Source: a virus
Direction: 5' to 3' (one strand)
DNA: 64,000 nucleotides
Virus record (IMG/VR): IMGVR_UViG_3300044878_000051
Coordinates: 1-64,000 of that record
Notes under the pieces: generated by a model
Database searches by the model: none
The model's input: only the letters and a program-made list of their open reading frames with translations
Told to the model about the DNA's origin: nothing
In this document: in pieces, positions 19,107 through 28,128 of the stretch
Position numbering within the stretch: the first letter of the stretch is position 1
Layout of the letters: the number at the start of each line of letters is the position of its first letter
Program-made: the position numbers and the translations under genes

Positions 19107-20801
19107 GTGACAGAGCAGAATTACAGCGAAGAAGACATTGTTGGCGTTGAGTGCAAACACGCGGTGTATTGCGTCCCTCGTGACCGTGATGACCGTGACG
19201 ATGCGATCTTCGTTAAGGAGGTTGTACACCTCAAAGATGGTCGTCAAATCCCACGTACCAAGCTTGAGGAGAACTACAAGCGTACGTTCTATCTGGAGCG
19301 TAACCAGAACTACAGTGAGAAGAAGACTCAGCAGAAACTCAGTCGTTTGCAACAGTTCTCGTGTACCCAACGGAACCTGATGCCGTCTATCGGTCGTGCG
19401 TTAGGTCGTGGGAAGATCAATGGTGGTTTGCGGACTGTTGCTCGTAACCCGTACCTGTACGGTGCGGACATCACCACCCCGACACTACTCAAACAAGAGT
19501 ACCGTGATCGTGCTCCGAACTGCATCAGTCCGAACAAGGTAGCGGTGTTCGACATCGAGACCGACGTGGTCAACGGTACCGGTGACGTTCCAATCTGCAT
19601 GGCGTTGACCTTCAAGGACCGCGTGTTCTTGGCGGCCAGTAAAGAGTGGGTCGGTACCAATCCGAACTACGTCGAGCAAGTCAAGAAGGCAGCGCAGAAG
19701 TACATTGGTGATCACATCGAGAAGCGCAACATTACCCTCGAGGTACTGGTCTGTGCAACACCGGGGATGATGATCGTTGAGACCTTCAAGCGGGCTCACT
19801 TGTGGCAACCAGACTTCGTTACTGTTTGGAACATCGACTTCGATATTCCCAAGTGTCTGCGGGTACTGGAAAAGGAAGGGATTGATCCGGCTCAGGTGTT
19901 CTCTGATCCGTCGGTACCTGAGAAGTACAAGTTCTTCAAATACAAGCAAGGTAACGCTACCAAGGTTACAGCGACTGGGCGGGTGGACTCGATTCACCCG
20001 GCGGAACGTTGGCACACGGCGGAATGTCCTGCGAGCTTCTTCCTGATCGACTCCATGTGCGTCTACAAGCGCATTCGGATGGCGAAACAGAACGAGTCCT
20101 CGTACAGCCTTGATGCGGTCATGAAGAAGAACCTGAAGGACTTGGGGAAACTCAAGTTTGCTGAGGCCGACGCTTACACTGGTTTGCAATGGCACATCTT
20201 CATGCAGGAACAGTTCAAGGTCGAGTACTCCGTGTACTGTATCTTCGACTGTGTGGGCGTTGAGTTGTTGGACGAGAAGATCAAAGACTTGCAGTTGGTT
20301 ATCACCACGCAGTCCAAAGCTTCTGAGTACACCATCTACAACTCCCAGCCTCGCCGTCTGGTAGACGACTACTATTTCTTCTGTCGTGACCGTGGCTTCA
20401 TTGTCGCGTCGTGCTCTGATGAAATGGTACACGAGCTAGATCAGTACGTTACCGACATGAAAGGCTGGATTGTTACCCTGCCTTCTCACCAGTGTGTGGA
20501 CAACGGTCTGGACATCATTGAAGAGATGCCCGACGTCCGTACGTACATCCGTTCCCACGTAGCCGACTTGGACATCGTTTCGACGTATCCAAACGTACAG
20601 GTGATCCTGAACATCTCGCGTGAGACTACTCGCCGTGAGCTGTACAAGATTGCTGGGTGTCCTGAGCGGGTGCAACGGATGGCCGGTATCAACATGACTG
20701 GTGGTCATGTCAACGCTGTGGAAGTAGCTTGCAGTGTGATGAAGGCTCCGAACTTCGACATGCTGTTGGAAGACTTCATGGCTGAGCAACAAGCGGCATA
20801 A
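19107..20801 (+). CDS. Split family-B DNA polymerase, exonuclease plus motif A subunit (phiKZ gp82-like)
   Basis: FDIETD (ExoI), WNIDFD (ExoII), YCIFD (ExoIII), DLDIVSTYPN (motif A). Confidence 0.9.
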   Translation: MTEQNYSEEDIVGVECKHAVYCVPRDRDDRDDAIFVKEVVHLKDGRQIPRTKLEENYKRTFYLERNQNYSEKKTQQKLSRLQQFSCTQRNLMPSIGRALGRGKINGGLRTVARNPYLYGADITTPTLLKQEYRDRAPNCISPNKVAVFDIETDVVNGTGDVPICMALTFKDRVFLAASKEWVGTNPNYVEQVKKAAQKYIGDHIEKRNITLEVLVCATPGMMIVETFKRAHLWQPDFVTVWNIDFDIPKCLRVLEKEGIDPAQVFSDPSVPEKYKFFKYKQGNATKVTATGRVDSIHPAERWHTAECPASFFLIDSMCVYKRIRMAKQNESSYSLDAVMKKNLKDLGKLKFAEADAYTGLQWHIFMQEQFKVEYSVYCIFDCVGVELLDEKIKDLQLVITTQSKASEYTIYNSQPRRLVDDYYFFCRDRGFIVASCSDEMVHELDQYVTDMKGWIVTLPSHQCVDNGLDIIEEMPDVRTYIRSHVADLDIVSTYPNVQVILNISRETTRRELYKIAGCPERVQRMAGINMTGGHVNAVEVACSVMKAPNFDMLLEDFMAEQQAA

Positions 20802-20851
20802 AAGGCAAAAAAAAAAAAGAAGGGGGCGCAAGCTCCCTTCTTTATGCCGTC
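20793..20851. terminator. Bidirectional terminator
   Basis: AGAAGGGGGC/GCTCCCTTCT stem, A12 tract, TATGCC on both strands. Confidence 0.9.
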
Positions 20852-21451
20852 TTACATTTGATCTACCATCTGCCGCTGAAGCAACAATTCCTTAGAGAAA
20901 GTTTGTTCATAGAAGCGTGGGTAACGAGCGTAGCCCTCACTCCCGAACTTCTCCTTCATGTGGACAATCGCACCAGCACGCGCAGCTTCAGGAGTATCCC
21001 CTTTAGCCAATCGAACCTGAATAGCACGGCTGAGCAAGATCTCTACATCATTAGTAGGGAACCCTCGATCAGCAGAACACATCAGTTCAGCGAAGTCGCA
21101 GGTAAATGGTTGATTACCCGAAGCACGGTGTTCGCGACAGCCAGCAGCTACCATGACACGTTCTTCTGGAGTCAACGCAAGGATGGCTAGGTAATCCGTA
21201 CTACGAACCCATTCACCCGACATCAAGTGATGGTTATAGCGATCGTAGGCATACATGTCATGGAAGAAAGCCACCAACATGATCAACATTGGATCGAAAC
21301 CCAACTTCAACGTATCGTTGATATGATTACCTACCGCTTCCACTTCAGCAAAGTGACCGATGCGATGAGCACCATCATTCAACTCCCACACACGACTGAA
21401 GTCTTTGATGATGCGGTCGCGGCAATCGTTTACTTGTTCAACAGAATACAT
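20852..21451 (-). CDS. HD-domain phosphohydrolase
   Basis: H...H, FHD, EH, SAD spacing typical of HD superfamily. Confidence 0.8.
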   Translation of the reverse strand: MYSVEQVNDCRDRIIKDFSRVWELNDGAHRIGHFAEVEAVGNHINDTLKLGFDPMLIMLVAFFHDMYAYDRYNHHLMSGEWVRSTDYLAILALTPEERVMVAAGCREHRASGNQPFTCDFAELMCSADRGFPTNDVEILLSRAIQVRLAKGDTPEAARAGAIVHMKEKFGSEGYARYPRFYEQTFSKELLLQRQMVDQM

Positions 21452-21475
21452 ACAAGACCTTCTTAGGTTGGTTAA

Positions 21476-21504
21476 TTCACTTAGGTAATATGTACCTGAG
21501 TTTT
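21476..21504 (-). promoter_or_regulatory. Early promoter
   Basis: CATATTAC (21492-21485)-N5-TGAA. Confidence 0.75.
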
Positions 21505-21515
21505 GTTTGTATGCG

Positions 21516-21555
21516 AAAAAAAAAAGAAGGGGCGTGAACCCCTTCTTTATGTCGT
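21516..21555 (-). terminator. Intrinsic terminator (probably bidirectional)
   Basis: AGAAGGGG/CCCCTTCT stem with A10 tract. Confidence 0.85.
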
Positions 21556-21556
21556 G

Positions 21557-22486
21557 TTACAACGAGATCCCCACACCCGGTGGTTGGATGTCTTTCAGTT
21601 GCATCAGCACTGGTTGTTCAACACTCTCCGAGTCGTAACCTTCTTCGGTCGGGAGGATATTGAACTGGTCAGCGACCAGTACTTGGAGGACACGGGTAAC
21701 TCGACCACGGGTGTTGGTCATCATCTTCATGGTCTTAGCCACCACGACGTCAGTGACTTGGAAACGGACTGGTTGACCAGACTTGTTGAGCATCCAACCT
21801 TCGTAGTAGCCGGGTTCAATCCGAGGGAACTCACTGATGTAACTGTCAGCCACCTTAGCCACGATGCCAGACAGGATGTCTATAGGGAGGGCAGCGATAG
21901 CAATCACTTCCAACCCAGCCTGAGCAGTCAACCCCACGGTGTGGACGAAGTTGACCCCGGACTCGTTATCGAAGACTTGTTGTAGCGTGTAGCCATACTC
22001 GGCGATGCGCTCGTCTTCTTTAGCGTGGATGTGTGCCCGCACTACAGTCATTTGTAGATCACCAACCGCCTTGGGCGAAAGAACTTTCTCCCGCATGAAA
22101 CGGAAGTAGTCATCTCGACTGAACTGCGCCACTTTGAAAGGAGAAGTCTGCCAACCGCTAGCCAGTTGCTCCAGCAGGTGTTGTGTCATCACCGAAGGGA
22201 ACCGATGGATCACGTCGAAGGCGTCACGGAAGTCCTTGGCCGTTGGAATCAGATCCCATGTCAGAAAACGGGTAGCGTTCTCAGGGATCAGTTCTGGTTC
22301 GAGGTAATCACCCAAACCCTTGGACATCAACCAGGTACAGAAGTTCTCGGGAGTCCACTGAACCTCAGCAACTTCCGAGATGAACTCTTCGTACTCAGCA
22401 TAAGGGCTGAAGGAACGAGTGGGCATAAAGCCGACATTCCAGATCGTCACAGGACGACCTTCGAGGGTTTTCATCAACACTGTCAT
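21557..22486 (-). CDS. Protein with C-terminal DUF4262-like domain
   Basis: I.EYGY..Q.V......F.HTVGL....G.E and QVLVAD....LP.E.GY pattern. Confidence 0.6.
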   Translation of the reverse strand: MTVLMKTLEGRPVTIWNVGFMPTRSFSPYAEYEEFISEVAEVQWTPENFCTWLMSKGLGDYLEPELIPENATRFLTWDLIPTAKDFRDAFDVIHRFPSVMTQHLLEQLASGWQTSPFKVAQFSRDDYFRFMREKVLSPKAVGDLQMTVVRAHIHAKEDERIAEYGYTLQQVFDNESGVNFVHTVGLTAQAGLEVIAIAALPIDILSGIVAKVADSYISEFPRIEPGYYEGWMLNKSGQPVRFQVTDVVVAKTMKMMTNTRGRVTRVLQVLVADQFNILPTEEGYDSESVEQPVLMQLKDIQPPGVGISL

Positions 22487-23067
22487 TACTTGTCCTCCAA
22501 AGGACTGATTAGATCTTCTTCTGGATTAAAGTCAGGACCCGCCAGCTTCAACAACCGGCAGACATCGCTGATAGTGCTAACCAGTTCAGTGTAGTTGATC
22601 TGGTCTTGTACAAAGAAACGTGACACCGAACCATTGCGACGAATCGCCCCGACACAGTGAATCGCTTCCCATGGGATCACAGGACGATTACCGTGGATGT
22701 AGGTAGCCAACCCACGACCGAACCACATGGTCAAGCCTTCGTGAATCGAGCGCAGTCCAGACAACTCGTGGAACCAAACGTAAAGCATACCGTTTTCGCG
22801 GACGTAGTAGTCTGGGTAACGATCAAAGTCAATCGCTGCTGGATGCAGTTCCATAAAGAACAACGCACCGTGTTGACTGTTCTCGTAAGCAAACCACTTG
22901 TCGTAGCGCTTACGCATCTCCCACGTCACCCACCAGTTCAGCTTATGGATCTCCGCGATGGTATCCACAATCGTGGTGTCTTGATTGTAGAAGAAATACT
23001 TCTCGTCGCCGATCTTCTTTTCAGTACGCACGCCGTACTGTGCTTGTTCTGCACGGGTCTTGTTCAT
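22486..23067 (-). CDS. Hypothetical protein
   Basis: 193 aa ORF, AGGAG RBS. Confidence 0.7.
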   Translation of the reverse strand: MNKTRAEQAQYGVRTEKKIGDEKYFFYNQDTTIVDTIAEIHKLNWWVTWEMRKRYDKWFAYENSQHGALFFMELHPAAIDFDRYPDYYVRENGMLYVWFHELSGLRSIHEGLTMWFGRGLATYIHGNRPVIPWEAIHCVGAIRRNGSVSRFFVQDQINYTELVSTISDVCRLLKLAGPDFNPEEDLISPLEDK

Positions 23068-23076
23068 TGAGTACTC

Positions 23077-23379
23077 CTAGTCCCCTTGGACTTCTCGATA
23101 TTGTGCCAACAGCTTGTCTTTGTAATCTTCCAGCCGCTGCCAGTGACAGCTCACTTCACCCCAACGGCTCATCCGCAAGCGCACCACACACGGGTAGGCT
23201 TTCGGGTAGTTGGTTGGAAAGTCAACCTTCTCTTCAGCGTCACGGCAAAACGCTTTCACAGTATCACGGTAAGCCGCCTGTGTACGACAGAGCGTACTGC
23301 CATCCATCAAGCGTTTGCGATTCGAACGGGGTTCTTCTGCCGCCGTCAATTGTTCCAGTCCTACAAGTTTCATACCCAC
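23077..23379 (-). CDS. Hypothetical protein
   Basis: ~100 aa ORF in operon. Confidence 0.6.
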   Translation of the reverse strand: MGMKLVGLEQLTAAEEPRSNRKRLMDGSTLCRTQAAYRDTVKAFCRDAEEKVDFPTNYPKAYPCVVRLRMSRWGEVSCHWQRLEDYKDKLLAQYREVQGD

Positions 23380-23384
23380 CCCTT

Positions 23385-23412
23385 AAAAAAAGAAAGGGAG
23401 CCGAAGCTCCCT
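23385..23412 (-). terminator. Intrinsic terminator
   Basis: AGGGAGC-TTCG-GCTCCCT plus T tract. Confidence 0.85.
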
Positions 23413-23420
23413 ACTTACTA

Positions 23421-23822
23421 TTAGTTTGGAAATTGTAACAAGTACTCAGCCATACGCTTGCGAGTGCGGCGAATCCACCGTGCGCAAGGGACCTGAGTAC
23501 AGCTACGTTTACCCGCACGTACACGTTCTTCCAACGTACTGAACACCAACGGCAAGGGGTAGTAAACCCACTGATCTTCAACTGTACGTCTTACCAACGT
23601 GAATTGAAACTCCCGAGACGCCTCCTTGTGGTGGACGCCCCGGTATGCTGCCACCAACTCATGATCCCGCAGTTGGTCGTAAATGATCACCACCTCTCCA
23701 GTCTCCTCGTTGTTACGAGTTTTCTTCCTGAAGAGGGTGCCCTCAATTACGTGTTCATACTTCTGACCACGAACCTCATTGTAGATCCGTGGGCTTGGGA
23801 TATGGGTGTTGATGGCATTCAT
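23421..23822 (-). CDS. Hypothetical protein
   Basis: TAATG coupling with upstream stop. Confidence 0.65.
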   Translation of the reverse strand: MNAINTHIPSPRIYNEVRGQKYEHVIEGTLFRKKTRNNEETGEVVIIYDQLRDHELVAAYRGVHHKEASREFQFTLVRRTVEDQWVYYPLPLVFSTLEERVRAGKRSCTQVPCARWIRRTRKRMAEYLLQFPN

Positions 23823-24139
23823 TATTGCTTTTCCCACACTTGAGGTTTATCCCAAGGGTGAGGTATGCCATTGACTTTGATCCACTCTACAACCGCAGGG
23901 TGAATCTCTTGGATCTTCGCATCGGTGTACGATTCCGGGAACTCAATCGTGAGGCCATCTGGGGCGGTGTTGTCATCCCAGATCTCATTGGTTGTCCAGT
24001 TCTTACACACATCGAACTTGCAGCTAACAACTTGCATGTCTTTCAACCAGACCGGATCAGTACTCAGTGGTTGAACGTTAGCGTTCGCTTGAGCAGTTGC
24101 GCAAGTGACCAGCATCAGTGCAGCGAAAAGAGTTTTCAT
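23822..24139 (-). CDS. Small secreted protein (signal peptide, CKFDVC)
   Basis: MKTLFAALMLVTCATAQA signal peptide. Confidence 0.7.
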   Translation of the reverse strand: MKTLFAALMLVTCATAQANANVQPLSTDPVWLKDMQVVSCKFDVCKNWTTNEIWDDNTAPDGLTIEFPESYTDAKIQEIHPAVVEWIKVNGIPHPWDKPQVWEKQ

Positions 24140-24177
24140 GGTTTGTCTTCCTTAAGACCAGTTTTTGGTAGTGCTTA

Positions 24178-24465
24178 TTATTGAGGTTGTGTCACGTCGA
24201 TGATGACGAGGCGTTGGTTATCGAACAGCATCGGAAGAGAGTTGCTCGCTTTGCGGGCTTCGAACTCTTCCACAGGTATTGCGACGTCGAGGACGCTGTA
24301 GACCACGTAGCGGAACCCACCTTCCACTTCGATGATCTCTGGTTCAACTGGATCACGCGTCACCCCACGGTGGAGGTTATCACGAATCCAGTTCAGGATT
24401 ACTTGGGCTTCATCAACAGTCTTGAAGAGTTTCTCGGAGGTTGTTGCGCAAAGAACTTGCTTCAC
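24178..24465 (-). CDS. Hypothetical protein
   Basis: 95 aa ORF, 4-nt overlap with upstream gene. Confidence 0.65.
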   Translation of the reverse strand: MKQVLCATTSEKLFKTVDEAQVILNWIRDNLHRGVTRDPVEPEIIEVEGGFRYVVYSVLDVAIPVEEFEARKASNSLPMLFDNQRLVIIDVTQPQ

Positions 24466-24734
24466 AGGTCTACCCCTTTGTCTTTTTCAGATTGACTTTT
24501 ACGGATGGCTGCGTAAACCCACCACAGCACAATCACAGCGAGTGCCAAGAACCAAAGCTTCACCAGCACCAGCGCACCCAACAGGATGCAGAAGCTAGTG
24601 TTGGTATGGTGACGCACCCCGTACATTACAGTCGAGATGAACCAACCAGATTTACCATCAAACGAACCCTTCTTATGCTGGGTCCACATTACAGCGGCAA
24701 AGCCCAACAGAATTACAGCGATCAGGATCGACAT
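24462..24734 (-). CDS. Small membrane protein
   Basis: 2-3 hydrophobic segments, GAGGAGG RBS. Confidence 0.7.
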   Translation of the reverse strand: MSILIAVILLGFAAVMWTQHKKGSFDGKSGWFISTVMYGVRHHTNTSFCILLGALVLVKLWFLALAVIVLWWVYAAIRKSQSEKDKGVDL

Positions 24735-24757
24735 CAGGTACCCTCCTCAGGGTGAAG

Positions 24758-25108
24758 TTATTTCTTCCAGAGTGCGTACTCTGGGTTCAGTCCTATAACG
24801 TCGTCAGTGTCGTTATAGCAGAACTCTAGCGAACAATAGGCAGATTGGTCTGCCATTGGAATGTGTGCTCTCAGACGGTCTCTGGCGAGCTTACGGCCAC
24901 CGGTGGTAGTTGTCAGGTAACAGTCGTCACCCACAGGGTTGCACCAGATGTCGTAGATCTTGCGGCTGTACTGAACCTCAGAAGGTCCAAGTCGGCCCAA
25001 CGGTCCGTCGATAGCTATTGTCGGCGATTGGTCGGGCAAGGGGTTCGCTACTGCGTTCAACGCCAATGTGGCCAGAGTAATCGCGCAGATGCTGTACATC
25101 AGTTTCAT
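24758..25108 (-). CDS. Small secreted Cys-containing protein
   Basis: Signal peptide ending AVA; four Cys in mature part. Confidence 0.7.
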   Translation of the reverse strand: MKLMYSICAITLATLALNAVANPLPDQSPTIAIDGPLGRLGPSEVQYSRKIYDIWCNPVGDDCYLTTTTGGRKLARDRLRAHIPMADQSAYCSLEFCYNDTDDVIGLNPEYALWKK

Positions 25109-25277
25109 TCATTTCTACCGGGTGATGGTTAAAGACAATGGTGAGGCCCAATGCCACAATAAAAAAGATCGTTAGCCAGCGCAGCAACCTGTTCTCCTGA
25201 GCCAACCGTTTCTGGTCAACTTTATTGTTCAGGTTGTTGATAGCTTCACGGCTGCGATCGTTGTTAGCTTGCGACAT
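24978..25277 (-). CDS. Single-pass membrane protein overlapping the next gene
   Basis: Coiled N-terminus plus TM WLTIFFIVALGLTIVF; 131-nt overlap. Confidence 0.5.
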   Translation of the reverse strand: MSQANNDRSREAINNLNNKVDQKRLAQENRLLRWLTIFFIVALGLTIVFNHHPVEMNETDVQHLRDYSGHIGVERSSEPLARPIADNSYRRTVGPTWTF

Positions 25278-25278
25278 G

Positions 25279-25485
25279 TTATTCCCCTACCCAAACTTTC
25301 AGGGTGGTTTGTTTCAGATCACCGTCATCGGTGACTACCGTTTGTTCTACGTTGCACCAGCCGTCTTTGCAGTCAGCAGGTTTGCCAGTTTCAGCCGGCA
25401 GCAGGTAGAACGCGTACGCCGAGGAACACAGGGAAGCCAAGGCGATTACTGCGAGGATTGCTTTTACAAATTTGTTCACGATCAT
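25279..25485 (-). CDS. Small secreted protein (CKDGWC)
   Basis: Signal peptide ending AYA. Confidence 0.7.
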   Translation of the reverse strand: MIVNKFVKAILAVIALASLCSSAYAFYLLPAETGKPADCKDGWCNVEQTVVTDDGDLKQTTLKVWVGE

Positions 25486-25555
25486 TTCCCACTAAGGATA
25501 AGAGATTGGTGTAAGGTTGTACGAGTGGAGCCGAAGCCCCACTCGCGGTGCCGGT

Positions 25556-26026
25556 TTAGCGCCGGACCTTAGCCAGTATCGCGTTAACGATACTAGGTTG
25601 GGCCTGCTCCGAAGAGCGACTGTAGATCCCTTTCGAGACCCAGTCCAGCGCTTTCCCGTGGTGCAGGGCAATCAGATCCACCACTTGATTGTGGGTGACC
25701 TTTGCACCTGCCTCACGGGACCGCATGAGCATTTCATCACGGAACCCTTCCGCGATGTTCTCATACTTCCCTTCGCCGTAAACACGGTCGTAGAGAAGAT
25801 TGCCCATGGTCACACCCACGCTGAAGATACCAGCGTCAGTGAGAGGCACCTGCTCCTCGATCGCCATGTAGCGGATTGCCAGAGCAATCAGCACACCACG
25901 ACGCGAACGTTGCTTGAACAGGGAGTCTGCAAACGCAGCGCCCCGATCCAAGTCGTTCAGTGTCATGTTCAGACGACGAGCCCAGACAGCCAGATTCTGG
26001 TGGGTTTCGGTTTTGTAAGTAGTCAT
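25556..26026 (-). CDS. Hypothetical early protein
   Basis: Start MTTYK follows GGAG; first gene after early promoter. Confidence 0.7.
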   Translation of the reverse strand: MTTYKTETHQNLAVWARRLNMTLNDLDRGAAFADSLFKQRSRRGVLIALAIRYMAIEEQVPLTDAGIFSVGVTMGNLLYDRVYGEGKYENIAEGFRDEMLMRSREAGAKVTHNQVVDLIALHHGKALDWVSKGIYSRSSEQAQPSIVNAILAKVRR

Positions 26027-26030
26027 GTTC

Positions 26031-26114
26031 GTGTTCTCCATAGAACGAAAGATTAGCGACCAGATTATTCTAGTCTATTCACCTGAGTAATATAGATCTG
26101 AAATTTTTTTAATT
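26031..26114 (-). promoter_or_regulatory. Early promoter plus leader/RBS cassette, duplicated at 7632-7657 and 7844-7896
   Basis: TATATTAC at 26094-26087; 26/26 and 46/53 nt identity to the 7.6-7.9 kb copies. Confidence 0.85.
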
Positions 26115-26127
26115 GGAATGTTTACAC

Positions 26128-26280
26128 TATGTTGTGAATACAGGCAATGTCAACATTGTCCGCAAGGGGGTGATCCAGCCTTAGTGTGTTCTCCGAATCC
26201 TTGGACTGCTGTGAAGCAAACTAAAAGGGATTCACGGCTGCCTGTATCCGGACCGTCCTTCGGGGCGGTCCTTTATGCCC
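26128..26280 (+). ncRNA. Putative ~150-nt structured small RNA
   Basis: Starts at TATG; closing stem ATACAGGCA/TGCCTGTAT; inner GAATCCTT/AGGGATTC; GNRA loops; own UUCG terminator. Confidence 0.6.
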
Positions 26281-26310
26281 AAAAAAAAAAAGAGGGTGGT
26301 TAGCCCTCTA
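26281..26310 (-). terminator. Intrinsic terminator
   Basis: AGAGGG/CCCTCT stem with long T tract. Confidence 0.75.
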
Positions 26311-26324
26311 TCTTTCTTCACTAC

Positions 26325-26696
26325 TTACGCGTGGCCTCCATGCTTCTTCAAAGCCGCCGTTACCAAAGCGTTCTGACGAGTGGTGTCTTCGGTCATCAAC
26401 TTAAGTAGAGACGGACTGGCTTTAACCAACGGGCTCATCTCCATCTCAAACCGACCACCCTTGCGAATGTGTAACACTCCGAGCTGGTGACCCAACTCAA
26501 TACTGGCGAATTCAATGAAGTCACCCTCGTTACAATAGCTAATGGCCAACTGTAACATCCTTGGCATCGCGGTGTCGAAGTATCCGTAAGTCCGAACCAT
26601 GGTAATCTCTTTGGATTTACCGCGATACATGGTTGCAACAACACGGCGCCGGTGTGGGCTGTTCAATTGGTCAAGGATTTCTTGCGAGGTGGCCAT
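26325..26696 (-). CDS. Hypothetical protein
   Basis: 123 aa ORF, AAGGA RBS. Confidence 0.7.
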   Translation of the reverse strand: MATSQEILDQLNSPHRRRVVATMYRGKSKEITMVRTYGYFDTAMPRMLQLAISYCNEGDFIEFASIELGHQLGVLHIRKGGRFEMEMSPLVKASPSLLKLMTEDTTRQNALVTAALKKHGGHA

Positions 26697-26759
26697 TCTA
26701 CTTTCCTTCTAAGGACTTGAGTTTAGTGGGGTTCCCGAGAGAACCCCACTTATGCTGCT

Positions 26760-27848
26760 TTACTTCTGTTCGCTGTTGGACTTCTTGACGAAGGCCGCAG
26801 TGATCAGGATCTTGACTTCGTTCAAAGCCTTGATGATCGACGCCGACTTACCAGCCGAGTATTCCAGGATGGTATCGCCAGCCAGTTGCTCGTATTCCGC
26901 AGAACGGTCTACAGGCTTGACTGGTTGGAAGTACTTCCTGAAGATGGCATCCAGCAGGACAACTGTGGCAGGGGCCGGTGTAGCTGGCGCGTTGTTCAAC
27001 AGTTGTTGTAGGGCTGCGTTGATAGCCACGTCACCGAGGTCTGGATCGACTTTCGGTTCTTCTCTCGGAGACGCCTTCGGCAGACTGTACGGCATAGGGA
27101 TCAGATCACCAACCGTCCAACCTTTCACCGAGAAACGACGACCCCACTGTAGGAAGGCATCGTAGTCTTTCGCATCACCAGCCGACCCCAAACTACGCAC
27201 CATCCCATCAACGCCACGAGTCACCCAGTGAATGCTGTTGTTGAGCTGCGACCACATCAGGATGTTACCGGTTTCCAACTTGCCGGAACTGACCTTCTCG
27301 CCAGAACGGCTGTCGTGGAGACGTGCTTGGAACCGCAGCGATTCCAGGCCGTTGTTATCTGGACGCAGTTGAATCAACATACGGGAGTGGTGGAAGAGAC
27401 CATTCGAGTCTTCGAAGCCTGGACGGTTGTCGAATACTTCCAGGCAATCGTCGAAGAGGATCGGGTAGGTTGGGCGAGTCGCAGCGAACTCAAGGATTTC
27501 CAAGCCCCCACGAACGCGGGTCAGCAGGAGGGTAAACAGTTCGTTGGCGTCTTTCCAACCACGCTCAGCGCGACCATACCCGCTGTTCAGGAGACCGTGG
27601 AACTCGTCGCAAACGTAGACCACCGGGATCAGCTCTTCGCTGCGAGCCTCAGGATTGTAGTGGACTTCACCATCCCAAACCAGTGGAGCATCGAACTCTT
27701 TACTGAACAGCAGTTGAAACGCTTGCCCACGGAATGACGCCAAGACCACAGCATCAATGGACATAACGGCACGCTTCTGGTGTGGATCAAGGATCACACG
27801 GTTTTTGTTTTCCAGCAACTTCTCTACTACGGAATTCAACAGGGACAT
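26760..27848 (-). CDS. Hypothetical protein
   Basis: 362 aa ORF. Confidence 0.7.
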   Translation of the reverse strand: MSLLNSVVEKLLENKNRVILDPHQKRAVMSIDAVVLASFRGQAFQLLFSKEFDAPLVWDGEVHYNPEARSEELIPVVYVCDEFHGLLNSGYGRAERGWKDANELFTLLLTRVRGGLEILEFAATRPTYPILFDDCLEVFDNRPGFEDSNGLFHHSRMLIQLRPDNNGLESLRFQARLHDSRSGEKVSSGKLETGNILMWSQLNNSIHWVTRGVDGMVRSLGSAGDAKDYDAFLQWGRRFSVKGWTVGDLIPMPYSLPKASPREEPKVDPDLGDVAINAALQQLLNNAPATPAPATVVLLDAIFRKYFQPVKPVDRSAEYEQLAGDTILEYSAGKSASIIKALNEVKILITAAFVKKSNSEQK

Positions 27849-27898
27849 TTCTTTTCTCGCCTTCTTAGGGTTAATACATAGTTGGGGTGTGTCAGGTT

Positions 27899-28111
27899 TT
27901 ACAAGTAGAACACTTTGCTGTGCTTGGGAGAGGCGGCATAACGGGCCACACTGCGAGCACTCAGGTTGTTAGCTTTGGCGGCTTGGGTGAGGTTGGGGAA
28001 CACCTTACCGTTCACACTAACTTTCTTACGGATGGTTGCTTCACGCTTAAAAGAAGCTTGGCGCAGGTTCTCTCTTTGTTCAGCGGTAAACACGTACCCT
28101 TCAGCACACAT
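27899..28111 (-). CDS. NUMOD3/NUMOD1-like DNA-binding miniprotein (homing endonuclease remnant)
   Basis: FTAEQRENLRQA plus KKVSVNGKVFPNLTQAAKANNLS HTH pattern; no nuclease domain. Confidence 0.6.
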   Translation of the reverse strand: MCAEGYVFTAEQRENLRQASFKREATIRKKVSVNGKVFPNLTQAAKANNLSARSVARYAASPKHSKVFYL

Positions 28112-28128
28112 TAGTTTTCTCCATCAGA

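Noticed and set aside
24758-25277. Overlapping i-spanin/o-spanin pair
   Set aside because: Downstream protein lacks a lipobox cysteine, and the context is an early operon rather than lysis.
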